Below are positions 1-11,479 of a stretch of 64,000 bases of DNA, piece by piece. Source of the stretch: an uncultured Clostridia bacterium (GTDB lineage Bacteria; Bacillota; Clostridia; Oscillospirales; CAG-272). Under the pieces are notes generated by a model. That model made no database searches. It worked only from the letters and a program-made list of their open reading frames with translations, and was not told the origin of the DNA. A program made the position numbers and the translations under genes. Each line of letters begins with the position of its first letter. The stretch's first letter is position 1. The stretch lies in assembly GCA_944392615.1 (NCBI GenBank), contig CALXXF010000006.1, positions 4,204 through 68,203 on the forward strand, read 5' to 3'.

Positions 1-553
1 TTCCCATTGTTATCGCCATTTCGGGTACATTTTCCATGCCTCCGAACGCTCCAAAGTTATCCTTTCGTGTGCTTTCCGCAAGCCTGACCACATACGTGGT
101 AGAGTCAAATGGGGTTCCGGGCTCATTGAAACCTATATGTCCGTTTGAGCCGATTCCGAGCAGTTGTATGTCCCTTTTGAGATTCTTCAGTATGTAAGAA
201 TATCTTCTGCACTCTATACTGAGGTCATCGGCGGCTCCGTTTGGTATATATGTGTTTTGGGGAAGAATATCTATGTGAGAAAAAAGATTTTTTTTCATAA
301 AAAAAGCAAAACTGCGGGTATCATCCGCCGAAAGTCCTGCATACTCGTCCAGATTGACCGTTTTAACATTTGAAAACGATATTATCCCGCGGCTGTAGTC
401 TGCAACAAGCTGCCTGTAAAGCCCTGTCGGCGTTTTACCGGTAGCAAGACCCAAAACCGGGAACGGGTTGTCCGATACGGTTTCTTCGACTATTTCCGCG
501 GCTTTTATGCTGAGCTCTTGGTAATCATTCCGGATAAATACTTTTATACTCAT
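1..553 (-). CDS. nagB: glucosamine-6-phosphate deaminase (N-terminal part; the gene runs off the window start)
   Basis: Absent from the ORF track because it is truncated by the window edge. The reverse complement from the ATG at 551-553 reads MSIKVFIRNDYQELSIKAAEIV...LGLATGKTP...VNLDEYAGL...GIGSNGHIGFNEPG, the NagB signature. Confidence 0.85.
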   Translation of the reverse strand, partial: MSIKVFIRNDYQELSIKAAEIVEETVSDNPFPVLGLATGKTPTGLYRQLVADYSRGIISFSNVKTVNLDEYAGLSADDTRSFAFFMKKNLFSHIDILPQNTYIPNGAADDLSIECRRYSYILKNLKRDIQLLGIGSNGHIGFNEPGTPFDSTTYVVRLAESTRKDNFGAFGGMENVPEMAITMG

Positions 554-569
554 AATTCAATCTTCTCAA

Positions 570-1421
570 TCAATAAATCATTTTTTTTAGTCTGTTCTCC
601 ACATCTGATTTGAAAGCGTCTATCTGTGAAAGAACGTAATCTATGATATCTGAAGAATCGTCGGTTATAAGAGGTGTTATGTCCATAGCATATCCGAGAG
701 CGGTAGCAGAGTCGCATCCGTGACTTTCAGAATAGGTGGCGTGCGCCCTTCTTCTTCCCTGTGCAGCAAGGTCATATCTCTTTCCACCGCATATCTGCGA
801 ATCAAATACGCCTACCAGACTTGCCGATATGTTGGGATGAGCGCTAAGATCAAACACTACTTTCCTGTCATCGTTCAGCCAGTCCAGATCCCTCCAGACC
901 TCACAGCCGAAAACCTTTTTGGGCCTGTCACAGACGTCAAGTGCTCTGATGGCTTTTATGACTTTCACAACGACGCCGCAATGCGTGTCATGCTTGTCTG
1001 CAGGATTGTGAGTATATATGTATGTCGGTCTTGCTGTTCTGAGTATTTCGATGTAATCCGCTGTGACCGAGTTTTCGTTCGGGGACTTGATTTGCGCCGA
1101 AGTATATCCCAACTGGACAACTGCAGAATATTCACCTATATATGCGGCTTTTTTCTGCTCCGACATCCTTACCTTTTTCATGTCCTCATCACTGTAAGAT
1201 GCATATACCGAATTTCTCGGACTGCCTGCCCCGTCGGCAGTAACCACACCTGTAAACCATGCGTCTTTTTTGCCGAAGCATTCAAGTATCCCGTGATATG
1301 CCATCAGTTCGATGTCATCCTGATGCGCTGCTATCGCAAGATGTGTAGTCCTTCCAAGTGCCGCCGACATGGAGGAACCGTCGGGGACAAAAATATTAAA
1401 GTTTTTGTTTGCAGACTTCAA
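570..1421 (-). CDS. PIG-L/LmbE-family N-acetylglucosaminyl deacetylase
   Basis: 283-aa ORF with the AHQDDIEL and HNPADKHDTH motifs typical of PIG-L zinc deacetylases. TTG start with GGAGA 6 nt upstream. Confidence 0.7.
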   Translation of the reverse strand: MKSANKNFNIFVPDGSSMSAALGRTTHLAIAAHQDDIELMAYHGILECFGKKDAWFTGVVTADGAGSPRNSVYASYSDEDMKKVRMSEQKKAAYIGEYSAVVQLGYTSAQIKSPNENSVTADYIEILRTARPTYIYTHNPADKHDTHCGVVVKVIKAIRALDVCDRPKKVFGCEVWRDLDWLNDDRKVVFDLSAHPNISASLVGVFDSQICGGKRYDLAAQGRRRAHATYSESHGCDSATALGYAMDITPLITDDSSDIIDYVLSQIDAFKSDVENRLKKMIY

Positions 1422-1792
1422 ATCATATCTCCGCCCTTCAGTATAATCTGTATACGACCGGTACCGGTTTTATCTTTTGCAGTTGTTATCATATGTCTGC
1501 ATTCCAATACCGGTGCTTATACTCACACATGATTATACAATAAACAGAAATTTAAATCAACATCATACAGTCACAAATCGTTTTTCTTGGTTTTACGCTG
1601 TCATATTTATAAAACGTGTTTTCTGAGGATTACAATATTTGCACCGATGTTTTATAGCTGCGGCGCAAATATTGCAATCAGACTCGATCTTTGCTGCATG
1701 CAAAGAAATTATTGCGGCAAATAGCTGTACAGAAAATGTCAGAAAACGTAGTTGCACGGTAAAACCTTCTGCGTCAGAGATAAAAAGCTTAT

Positions 1793-2893
1793 TTACTGAG
1801 CCTTTTTACTTGATGCAGATTTTTCCATAATACTTCTGTTTGAAATCAGCCTTTCATCATTTGGCGAGAGGTCAATTGCCTTCTCCACCGCTTCAATCGC
1901 CTTGTTGTACTGTCCTGTATAGTAATATCCCAAAGACAACAAGTCATATGGCAAACTTCCCCAGGCATACGCCTCGCATATATAGGTTCTCGGACGTTCT
2001 TTTATCCGAAGAGCTTTCTCTGAAAAATAAATAACTCCCTGCCATTCGTCCATTTCATACAGCATAAGAGCGAGGTCAGCATATGGTTCTCTGAGATAGG
2101 GAGCCTCTGCAATACTGCGGTAAAGCCAGCAAACAGATTCCTGTTTATCGCCCTTTTGTGCGTAAGCCTTAGCTATATAACGCATAGAAGCGCATCTTTC
2201 ATCCTTCCAGAGCGACGTGGGCATGTCAAGATGATGTTTCAGCATTTCAATACATTTATCCCATTCTGCCCTGTACATATATTCCCTTCCGAGATAGTGG
2301 ACATTCCTGTCATTATCTGGGTCCTCATTCACCGCAAGCTCAAGAAGAGGAAGATACTGCGCTCTGGATTTTTCAGGATCTGCATGATGATTCAACTGCA
2401 TTCCTTCGACATAAACCGTACTGTAATTTTTTTCTCCGTTATATACAAGAACTTCGTGGACAGGATTTTCCCAGTGAAACCCGTATCTTGAGTGTATTTT
2501 GTCTATCCAGAACACACTTCCTTCGGAACCGTCGTCATTGAAATTCCAGGTATAACGGTATCGTGCCCTAACAGTATCCTCTCCCCATGCGTTTTCAAGT
2601 TTATCCCGCCACCCCGGCTCAAAAAGTTCGTCAAGATCAACGCACACGCATATATCGACATCATTAGGAATCAAACCCAATGAATAATTGCGCGCTGTGT
2701 CAAAGCGCCAGGGATTGAAAACTTTTTCATATACGCATACTCCCGAATCCTTCAGGATATTGACCGTATTATCTGTAGACCCTGTATCCAAAACAATTAT
2801 CTCATCGGCTTCTGACATTGATTTTGCCCACTCCGATGCGAACTTTTCTTCATTTTTAGATATAGCGTACACACATATTTTGTACTTTTTCAT
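1793..2893 (-). CDS. family-2 glycosyltransferase with C-terminal TPR-like repeats
   Basis: The N-terminus ICVYAISKNEE...IIVLDTGSTDNT...DLDE is a GT-A/GT2-type fold motif. The C-terminal half is repetitive helical, TPR-like (YNKAIEAVEKAIDLSPND). Confidence 0.7.
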   Translation of the reverse strand: MKKYKICVYAISKNEEKFASEWAKSMSEADEIIVLDTGSTDNTVNILKDSGVCVYEKVFNPWRFDTARNYSLGLIPNDVDICVCVDLDELFEPGWRDKLENAWGEDTVRARYRYTWNFNDDGSEGSVFWIDKIHSRYGFHWENPVHEVLVYNGEKNYSTVYVEGMQLNHHADPEKSRAQYLPLLELAVNEDPDNDRNVHYLGREYMYRAEWDKCIEMLKHHLDMPTSLWKDERCASMRYIAKAYAQKGDKQESVCWLYRSIAEAPYLREPYADLALMLYEMDEWQGVIYFSEKALRIKERPRTYICEAYAWGSLPYDLLSLGYYYTGQYNKAIEAVEKAIDLSPNDERLISNRSIMEKSASSKKAQ

Positions 2894-2943
2894 TTCAGGT
2901 TTCCTTTCATTGCCAAAAGAAAGCTTTTTTTACTTTTATGCGC

Positions 2944-2985
2944 AAGAGGCGCCGCTTAAATTAAAAAGCGGCGCCTCTTTTTTCT
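2944..2985. terminator. GC-rich hairpin abutting the stop of the collagen-like gene
   Basis: 13-bp perfect stem AAGAGGCGCCGCT / AGCGGCGCCTCTT. The T-run is on the plus side and an A-rich run follows on the minus side, so the direction of action is ambiguous. Confidence 0.5.
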
Positions 2986-5067
<2,082 letters not shown>

Positions 5068-5202
5068 TTATTCCATGCTGCCGTTCAACATTTGATTTGC
5101 AAAGAAAATTACTTTGCATTTTTATAATATGCTATAAAAATTTTGTCGTCACATCCATTCGCTTTGATATGCTGATAAATAATCTCATCGACATTTCCCG
5201 AC

Positions 5203-5231
5203 TTGACATTGTATATGATTTCGTATATAAT
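5203..5231 (+). promoter_or_regulatory. sigma-A promoter of ssrA
   Basis: TTGACA (5203-5208), 17-nt spacer, TATAAT (5226-5231), ~45 nt upstream of the mature tmRNA 5' end. Confidence 0.7.
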
Positions 5232-5276
5232 GATAGCCGGCAGTCACAAAATCCTGTAATATATTTATTCACACAT

Positions 5277-5625
5277 GGGGGCGTAAAGGTTTCGACGGGG
5301 ATTCTGGGGTATGATAAGCGAGTAGAGCCGGGCAATCTCTTAAAAGGCCCAAGCTTAAAATTAAACGCTAATAACAGAACATTAGCTCTGGCTGCCTAAG
5401 TGCGCCTCGTCCCGCGGTTGAGTATCACGGCTTCCGTGAGGGCGTCATTTAGTGATGAACGTGAACCGCCGGTTTGCTTTTGCAACGGTCACGCATTAAA
5501 AAGCTACCCGATGGAGTTCCTGACTGCCGGAGCTTCAGAGGGGAATAAATAAAGACAGTCTACACTCGTAGAAATTCATACTGAGGGGTTTTCGGACAGG
5601 GGTTCGACTCCCCTCGCCTCCACCA
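5277..5625 (+). ncRNA. ssrA: tmRNA (transfer-messenger RNA)
   Basis: The 5' GGGGGCGTAAAGGTTTCGACGGGG and 3' GGACAGGGGTTCGACTCCCCTCGCCTCCACCA form the tRNA-like domain. The internal tag reading frame at 5367-5399 (gct aat aac aga aca tta gct ctg gct gcc taa) encodes ANNRTLALAA. Confidence 0.95.
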
Positions 5626-5630
5626 GAATG

Positions 5631-5677
5631 AATAAACTTGTTTCAAAGATAAAATGAAACAGGTTTATTTGTTTTTT
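5631..5677 (+). terminator. rho-independent terminator of ssrA
   Basis: Stem AATAAACTTGTTTCA / TGAAACAGGTTTATT (one G-U pair) followed by TGTTTTTT. Confidence 0.8.
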
Positions 5678-5835
5678 ATTTAAAAAATGCGATTTTGAGC
5701 AGAAATTCGATAATAAATTCATAAGTAAAACGAAAAGCTACTGTTTCAAACATGAAAGTTTTATGTTTGTGGAAAACGGATTTTTTAACGACAAGTGAGA
5801 CTTCAAAATATTCATGTTTGAAGAGAGCAAATGTT

Positions 5836-6338
5836 ATGATGAGTCCGTATGGATATTTGAAAGATATAAACGATGCAATCCGAATCGACAAGGAAAAAGC
5901 AAAGACAGTTCGCCTGAGCTATGAATTCTATCTTTATGGGCTGAGTTTTAGCAGAATAGCAGCGTATATGTTTCATGAAAAGATCGCTTACATCAGAAAA
6001 AGAAAAATGGACTGTTAGGCTATTGATAATCTGTTATCCAATCAAAAATACACCTATATAGTCTTTCCTGAAATCTACATGAAGACACAGCTTGAAAAAC
6101 AAAAGTGAACAAACCAATCCTCTTATCATTAACAAAAGACCGTTCGATACAACTCCAATGATGTACTGAGAAATCTTTTAGTTTCTGGAAAGTGCGAAAG
6201 AAATTATCAGCGCATTACAAGAAAAGACGGCAACATTGTATGGCTATGCGCAGATAGAGTGGATACCAGAAGGCAGGCAACCTGACAAAACATTTATACA
6301 ATTTCAGAAGACGAAATAAAGAACATCATGGTTACTTG
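5836..6338 (+). pseudogene. decayed large serine recombinase fragment (no catalytic N-terminal domain, several in-frame stops)
   Basis: The translation reads SPYGYLKDINDAIRIDKEKAKTVRLSYEFYLYGLSFSRIAAYM..*..IDNLLSNQKYTYI..*..VSGKCERNYQRITRKDGNIVWLCADR..TISEDEIKNI. This matches the recombinase-domain and zinc-ribbon layout of large serine recombinases but is interrupted by stops. Confidence 0.5.
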
Positions 6339-6742
6339 AATCTTCCGGGTGTATTACAGAAAATCAAACTGTTATTGCAATCAAAAAGATATGGGAACTT
6401 GAAAAACTCATTTATGATAGTACAGACACCCAGGATACATGGAGTGACGTAAAACTCAATTTTGATATTGCAAAATCATATGCAATACTGAAAGACGATA
6501 AAAAAGCTCTTGAACATCTGAAAATCGGAGCAAAATCAGCCAAAGCATTTGATAATCGGCCGGAAGAACAAGTTTTTTCAAGCCAGCTGCTTGGGGATAT
6601 TACCGTCAGAAAAATTGATTCTGAGACATCTGATACAAGAACATTGTGTGAAATCATGCGTGAAAAGTGGCTTTCATGTCCGGAATTTGACAAATTGCGC
6701 GGCACTGATGAATTCAGAGAAATTTTAAATATCTTGAATTAA
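6320..6742 (+). pseudogene. start-less ORF fragment (C-terminal piece of an unknown helical-repeat protein)
   Basis: The frame is open from 6320 to the stop at 6740-6742 (…IWELEKLIYDSTDTQDTWSDVKLNFDIAKSYAILKDDKKALEHLKIGAKSAKAF…). There is no ATG or RBS near its 5' end. Its sense is opposite to the tracked 6412..6705 ORF. Confidence 0.25.
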
Positions 6743-6772
6743 TCAGTGCAATTTAAAATTTATACTGATTAA

Positions 6773-6802
6773 ATTGCAGTTATATATATTGCAGTTATAT
6801 AT
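6773..6802. repeat. perfect 15-bp tandem duplication ATTGCAGTTATATAT x2 in AT-rich spacer
   Basis: Read directly at 6773-6787 and 6788-6802. Function unknown. Confidence 0.8.
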
Positions 6803-7156
6803 TTAATTGACGGTTCTATCTTGTTTTTAAAAAATCGGATGAAATATATCACTTGTTTTTTTCACAAAGATATTGTAAAATCAGTATAGAGCTGTTGTTC
6901 TGACAAGACAAGCTGCATTTTTCCATTAAAAATATACGACAAACCAATTCACTTTCACATTTCACCTGCAAAAAGCTTTGTTGAGTTCAATATTGTTTTA
7001 AAAACCTGATCCGGACATAAAAACCATCAGGAAAAGTTTGTTTTTCAGCATATTTTAGTGGAAAATATCGGGTTCGACGAATCAACGGCTTATATCCGTA
7101 GCAATATTTCGTTGTATCGCAACCTTCTAAAAAAATTATGATCAAGGGGGAGTTTT

Positions 7157-8713
7157 ATGGCAGCAGATGCAAAAAAGACCTACGACGTCGTAGTCATTGG
7201 CGCCGGAAACGGCGGCCTGGTTGCCGCTATCAGGATTTTACAGGCTGGTTATTCATGCCTGCTTGTGGAAAAGCACAATCTGCCCGGCGGTTTTGCTACA
7301 AGTTTTAAGCGCGGACGCTTTGAATTTGAAGCGAGTTTGCACGAACTCAACGATTTCGGCTCTCCGGAAGACCCGGGTGATGTCCGCACACTGTTCAGAG
7401 AACTGGGAGTCGAAAACAAGATTGACTGGATCCGTATTCCGGAAGCCTATCACCTTATCACTACAGATAAAAAATATGATTGCATCATGCCTTTCGGGCA
7501 GCAGGCGTTCATCGACAAAATGGCAGAATACTGTCCTGAATCACGCGAATCAATGACACGCTTTTTTGAATTGTGCAATGAGGTACGTGACGCACAGACT
7601 TATTCAAGCTCTGTAAACGGGAACACCGATTCGGCATATATGAAAAAGAACTTTCCCAATTTCATCAAAGCAGGCAGTTATTCAGTAAATGAGGTTCTGG
7701 ACGCGCTTAAAATGCCAGAAAAAGCCAAGGATATTCTCAATGCATATTGGTGCTATCTCGGTGTTGATTGTGACAGAATGAGCTTTTTGCATTATGGCTC
7801 CATGGTTATCCGCTACATCACAAAGGATGCCTGGATGCCAAAAATGCGTTCACACGAAATCAGTCTAGCGCTTGATACGAGGATCCGTGAACTCGGCGGG
7901 GACATCTGGTATATGTCAGAGGCAGAGAAAATTCTTGCAGACGACAGCGGCAAGATACGCGGTGTTCAGTTGGCAGGCGGAAAAGTTGTAAATACCCGCC
8001 ATGTTATTGCCAACTGTTCCCCACACCTGGTATTCGGCAAAATGCTGGAAAAGAAAGCAGTCACAGAGCAGATGGTAAGGATGACCAACAGCCGTACATT
8101 TTCCGGGCGCGGTTTTACCCTCTTTTTAGGTCTTAACCGTTCCGCAGAAGAGCTTGGTATTAAAAGTCATAATTATTTCATTTATGACACAGCCGACACA
8201 GTCAGGCAATATGATCTGATGAAAAAAGTAAGCACAAATCATGTTCAGGCAACGGTTTGTCTCAACAATGCTTATCCAGAATGTTCTCCTCCGGGAACCT
8301 GCATGATGTATTTTACAACCATGTTCATGTCAGACGATTGGGGAAATGTAACCGAGGAAGATTATTTCAAGGCAAAAGACCTCGTGGCGCAGGATATGAT
8401 CAAAGTTTTCGAACGTGAAACCGGCTGTAAAATACGTGATGCCATTGAGGAAATCTGCGTGGCTTCTCCAACGACATATGCGCGCTACTGCGGACATCCG
8501 GAAGGCGTGATTTACGGTTATGAAACCGCTGACTGGGACAGTCTGATGCCCCGTATGATGATGATGAAAGAAGACGCGCTGATTAGTCCTGGGCTCAGGT
8601 TTGCAGGCGGCTATGCCATGCGTTCGAGCGGGTACTCAAGCGCATACATTTCTGGTGACCTTTCCGGTCGGCAGACTGTCGGCGATTTAAGAAAGGAGAG
8701 TAGCGGATCGTGA
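7157..8713 (+). CDS. NAD(P)/FAD-dependent oxidoreductase, phytoene-desaturase (CrtI)-like family
   Basis: The N-terminal Rossmann motif is YDVVVIGAGNGGLVAAIRILQAGYSCLLVEKHNLPGG. The protein is 518 aa. RBS AAGGGGGA lies upstream of the ATG. Confidence 0.75.
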   Translation: MAADAKKTYDVVVIGAGNGGLVAAIRILQAGYSCLLVEKHNLPGGFATSFKRGRFEFEASLHELNDFGSPEDPGDVRTLFRELGVENKIDWIRIPEAYHLITTDKKYDCIMPFGQQAFIDKMAEYCPESRESMTRFFELCNEVRDAQTYSSSVNGNTDSAYMKKNFPNFIKAGSYSVNEVLDALKMPEKAKDILNAYWCYLGVDCDRMSFLHYGSMVIRYITKDAWMPKMRSHEISLALDTRIRELGGDIWYMSEAEKILADDSGKIRGVQLAGGKVVNTRHVIANCSPHLVFGKMLEKKAVTEQMVRMTNSRTFSGRGFTLFLGLNRSAEELGIKSHNYFIYDTADTVRQYDLMKKVSTNHVQATVCLNNAYPECSPPGTCMMYFTTMFMSDDWGNVTEEDYFKAKDLVAQDMIKVFERETGCKIRDAIEEICVASPTTYARYCGHPEGVIYGYETADWDSLMPRMMMMKEDALISPGLRFAGGYAMRSSGYSSAYISGDLSGRQTVGDLRKESSGS

Positions 8714-9876
8714 AATTCAGAAAACAGATTTTCGGTTTTATGGATATGCTGCGGTTTAAAAAGATGGTTCCTACCCGCAGGAAAATGCTCGCAAATGGCG
8801 CCGATACGCCTCTTCCTCAAGAATACCGGACCAACATGCTGGCAGATAAATTACATCCGGGCTATATGGAGGCGGAACTGACTGACACCCGTTTTCTGAC
8901 CGAAACAATCAGAGAACTGACATTTCGTCGCGTTGACAGCGACTCGTTTCCATTCTTCCGCGCCGGCCAATATGTTTCACTTCAGGTAAAAATCGGCGAC
9001 AGCGTAGTCAGCCGTCCATACTCTATTGTCTCGACTCCCCGGCAGGCGCTTGACAATAAACTCGTTTTGGCAATAGAAAACGCGGGGTTTGTGTCAGGAT
9101 ATCTCTGCGAAAAAGCCAAAGTCGGGGATAGATTTATAATGACAGAACCGTCCGGTGAATTTCATTACGAAACTTTGCGCGACAGTAAGAACATTATCTG
9201 CGTCGCCGGCGGCAGCGGAATTACTCCCTTTGTTTCAATGGCCGGCAGTCTTGTTGACAAAGACGAAAGCTACAGCATGATTTTATTTTACGGCGCACGC
9301 AGTGCAAAACAGCTTGCTTATAGAGCCGAGCTTGACAGACTCTCCGCCAGATGCAGCGACCTGCGTGTAATTTATGTCCTCAGCGATGAGTCAGACGATG
9401 ACTGCGAGCATGGCTTTATATCCGCTTCTCTGATGAAAAAATATACTGAGCTTTCCGACAGCACATTCTTCCTGTGCGGACCTCAGCCTATGTATGACTT
9501 CCTGATGAAAGAGCTTTCGCCGCTTCAACTGCCTAAAAAATCAATACATCGTGACGCAACCTGTTGCGGTGACCTGCCCACAGAGCATCCGGAGGAGCTC
9601 AAACTGACCGTGCATATGAGAGACGAAATCTTCATTATCACTGCAAATTCAAATGAAACGTTGCTGACAGCCATGGAGCATGCCGGTTTGAATGCGCCTA
9701 ATAAATGCCGTGCCGGCGGATGTGGATTCTGTCACAGCAAGTGGATTTCCGGAAGCTATAAAGTTGCCGAAGGCCGTGACGGACGCCGGGAAGCCGACCG
9801 TAAATTCGGATTTATCCATCCTTGTGTTACGTATCCTGTTTCTGATATGGAAATCGATGTTCCGGTAGCTTATTAA
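8710..9876 (+). CDS. ferredoxin-NADP reductase-type flavoprotein fused to a plant-type [2Fe-2S] ferredoxin domain
   Basis: RPYSIVS (the RxYS FAD motif), GGSGITPF (NAD(P) motif) and a C-terminal CRAGGCGFC...C cluster motif. The GTG start overlaps the upstream stop by 4 nt; an ATG at 8746 is an alternative start. Confidence 0.75.
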   Translation: MKFRKQIFGFMDMLRFKKMVPTRRKMLANGADTPLPQEYRTNMLADKLHPGYMEAELTDTRFLTETIRELTFRRVDSDSFPFFRAGQYVSLQVKIGDSVVSRPYSIVSTPRQALDNKLVLAIENAGFVSGYLCEKAKVGDRFIMTEPSGEFHYETLRDSKNIICVAGGSGITPFVSMAGSLVDKDESYSMILFYGARSAKQLAYRAELDRLSARCSDLRVIYVLSDESDDDCEHGFISASLMKKYTELSDSTFFLCGPQPMYDFLMKELSPLQLPKKSIHRDATCCGDLPTEHPEELKLTVHMRDEIFIITANSNETLLTAMEHAGLNAPNKCRAGGCGFCHSKWISGSYKVAEGRDGRREADRKFGFIHPCVTYPVSDMEIDVPVAY

Positions 9877-9882
9877 AAAAAT

Positions 9883-9929
9883 ACCGGTTGTGGTTTAAGC
9901 AAAAGCTCAAATTTCACAACCGGTTTTTC
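9883..9929 (+). terminator. rho-independent terminator after the flavoprotein pair
   Basis: 10-bp stem ACCGGTTGTG / CACAACCGGT followed by TTTTCGGTTTT. The loop is long (~22 nt). Confidence 0.7.
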
Positions 9930-10003
9930 GGTTTTCCCTGATAAATCCAACACAGTGTCTTTCAGGACCCAGGCGTTTATTTGATATTTTGAGGATAAAA
10001 ACA

Positions 10004-10651
10004 ATGAAAATTGAAATAGACAAGGATTTTCCAATACATTTTAAATCCTCATACCCAGAGGAATTTGAGTTGTTTTCCCATTTTGAAGTAACAGCCGGAA
10101 TACCGTCTGTACTGTTTGCAATAACCACCTGGAAAGAGAACGGAAAGCCCAACGTATGCTTTCACTCGTGGAGCTGTTTTCACGGGGACAAAACCGCGTT
10201 TTTTGCCGTGATGGGAAATTTATATCAGCATACTCATACATATGCCAACATCATGAGGGAAAAATGCTTTTGCATCAACTTTCTACCAATTGACTATTAC
10301 GATAATCTGGTTGACACCATTCATCACAACAAAACTGACGATGACGAATTTGAAGCGGGAGGCTTTACGCAGTCAGACGCCCGGACCATCCACGCCCCTG
10401 TAATAGATGAAGCTTTTATAAACATCGAATGTACGTTGAAACAAATTCAGGATTTAAGCGGCGCCGGAATTACGGCCATGGTTACAGGACAGGTACAGCA
10501 TATTTCGGTTGATGAAGCGTATGCACAGGGGTATGAAAAACGATACGGAAAAAAAGGGTTTATGTTGCTGATCCCCGCGCCGCAGAATCTCGTAACAGGA
10601 GAGCCCGGCAGCTCTGCAATAGCAACATCACATATCGAAAAGTATGACTGA
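10004..10651 (+). CDS. flavin reductase-like (FMN-binding split-barrel) protein
   Basis: 215-aa ORF from the ATG at 10004 (GAGGA 8 nt upstream; the tracked start at 9989 is TTG). The layout resembles flavin-reductase-domain proteins. This is a weaker call. Confidence 0.55.
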   Translation: MKIEIDKDFPIHFKSSYPEEFELFSHFEVTAGIPSVLFAITTWKENGKPNVCFHSWSCFHGDKTAFFAVMGNLYQHTHTYANIMREKCFCINFLPIDYYDNLVDTIHHNKTDDDEFEAGGFTQSDARTIHAPVIDEAFINIECTLKQIQDLSGAGITAMVTGQVQHISVDEAYAQGYEKRYGKKGFMLLIPAPQNLVTGEPGSSAIATSHIEKYD

Positions 10652-10713
10652 TAACAAAAAAATCAGGATTAAAGCTCCGGAAATAATGACAAAATGCAAA
10701 ATCACTTATTACC

Positions 10714-10750
10714 AAAACGCCGCTTGCCATATAAAGCAAGCGGCGTTTTT
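10714..10750 (+). terminator. bidirectional rho-independent terminator
   Basis: 11-bp stem ACGCCGCTTGC / GCAAGCGGCGT flanked by an A-run upstream and TTTT downstream. Confidence 0.85.
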
Positions 10751-10990
10751 ATGATTGAGGAATAAAAATGCGCGTCTGTATTGCGGCTGCCTTGAGCCGC
10801 ATACAGTTGGAATCTTTTGTTAAAAGTCAAATAAATCCGGAAACAGTTAACGACGGCAAGCATTTCGCGCTTGTCCTTCTATAAAGACGCTCTCGTTTTC
10901 ATCTGTACATTTCCTGAAGACTCCTGCAAAGAAGAAAGTCTATACAAAAACAGAAAATTCATACAGAACAGAAGAACAGCATATGCCGCT

Positions 10991-11464
10991 TCATTCCACA
11001 TATTTTCCTGAATTTCTGAGAGCACGTTCAACGTCGCGGTTACCCGCTTTTTCCGCTTCAGCATCCCTCTTGTCGTAGAGTTTCTTGCCTCTGCACAAGC
11101 CTATCTCCATTTTAAGATTCTTACCTGAAAAATATATCGACAGAGGGACAAGAGTAAATCCCTTTTGAGTGACCAAGCCGAACAGCTTCAGAATTTCTTT
11201 TTTGTGCATAAGTAGTTTTTTGTCCCTATAAGGGTCCTTGTTGAAAATATTTCCCTTTTCATACGGACTTATATGCATACCGAGGACAAAAAGCTCCCCG
11301 TCAATTATCCTGCAGTATGAATCCTTGAGATTTACCCCTCCGGAGCGTATGCTCTTGACTTCCGTACCGTAAAGGGCTATACCTGCCTCAAATGTCTCGT
11401 CAACAAAAAAATCATGGTATGCCTTTTTGTTGGTCGCAACGACCCTGTCCTTGTTGATCTTCAC
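10991..11464 (-). CDS. smpB: SsrA-binding protein
   Basis: 157 aa; NKKAYHDFFVDETFEAGIALYGTEVKSIR...KKLLMHKKEI...GFTLVPL is the canonical SmpB sequence. Confidence 0.95.
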   Translation of the reverse strand: MKINKDRVVATNKKAYHDFFVDETFEAGIALYGTEVKSIRSGGVNLKDSYCRIIDGELFVLGMHISPYEKGNIFNKDPYRDKKLLMHKKEILKLFGLVTQKGFTLVPLSIYFSGKNLKMEIGLCRGKKLYDKRDAEAEKAGNRDVERALRNSGKYVE

Positions 11465-11479
11465 TGCTGACTCCTTTCC

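Noticed and set aside
164-373. 69-aa plus-strand ORF at the window start.
   Set aside because: It lies antisense within the clearly recognisable nagB coding sequence.
720-1532. 270-aa plus-strand ORF overlapping the PIG-L deacetylase gene.
   Set aside because: It is antisense to a gene with clear family motifs, and it has Cys/Arg-rich odd composition, no RBS and no recognisable motif.
5626-10990. Searched by eye for a second copy of the ssrA 3' end (GGTTCGACTCCCCTCGCCTCCACCA) that would mark an attR of an intact island.
   Set aside because: I found none, so an intact integrative element cannot be claimed and only a decayed remnant is supported. A computational repeat search would be more reliable than my reading.
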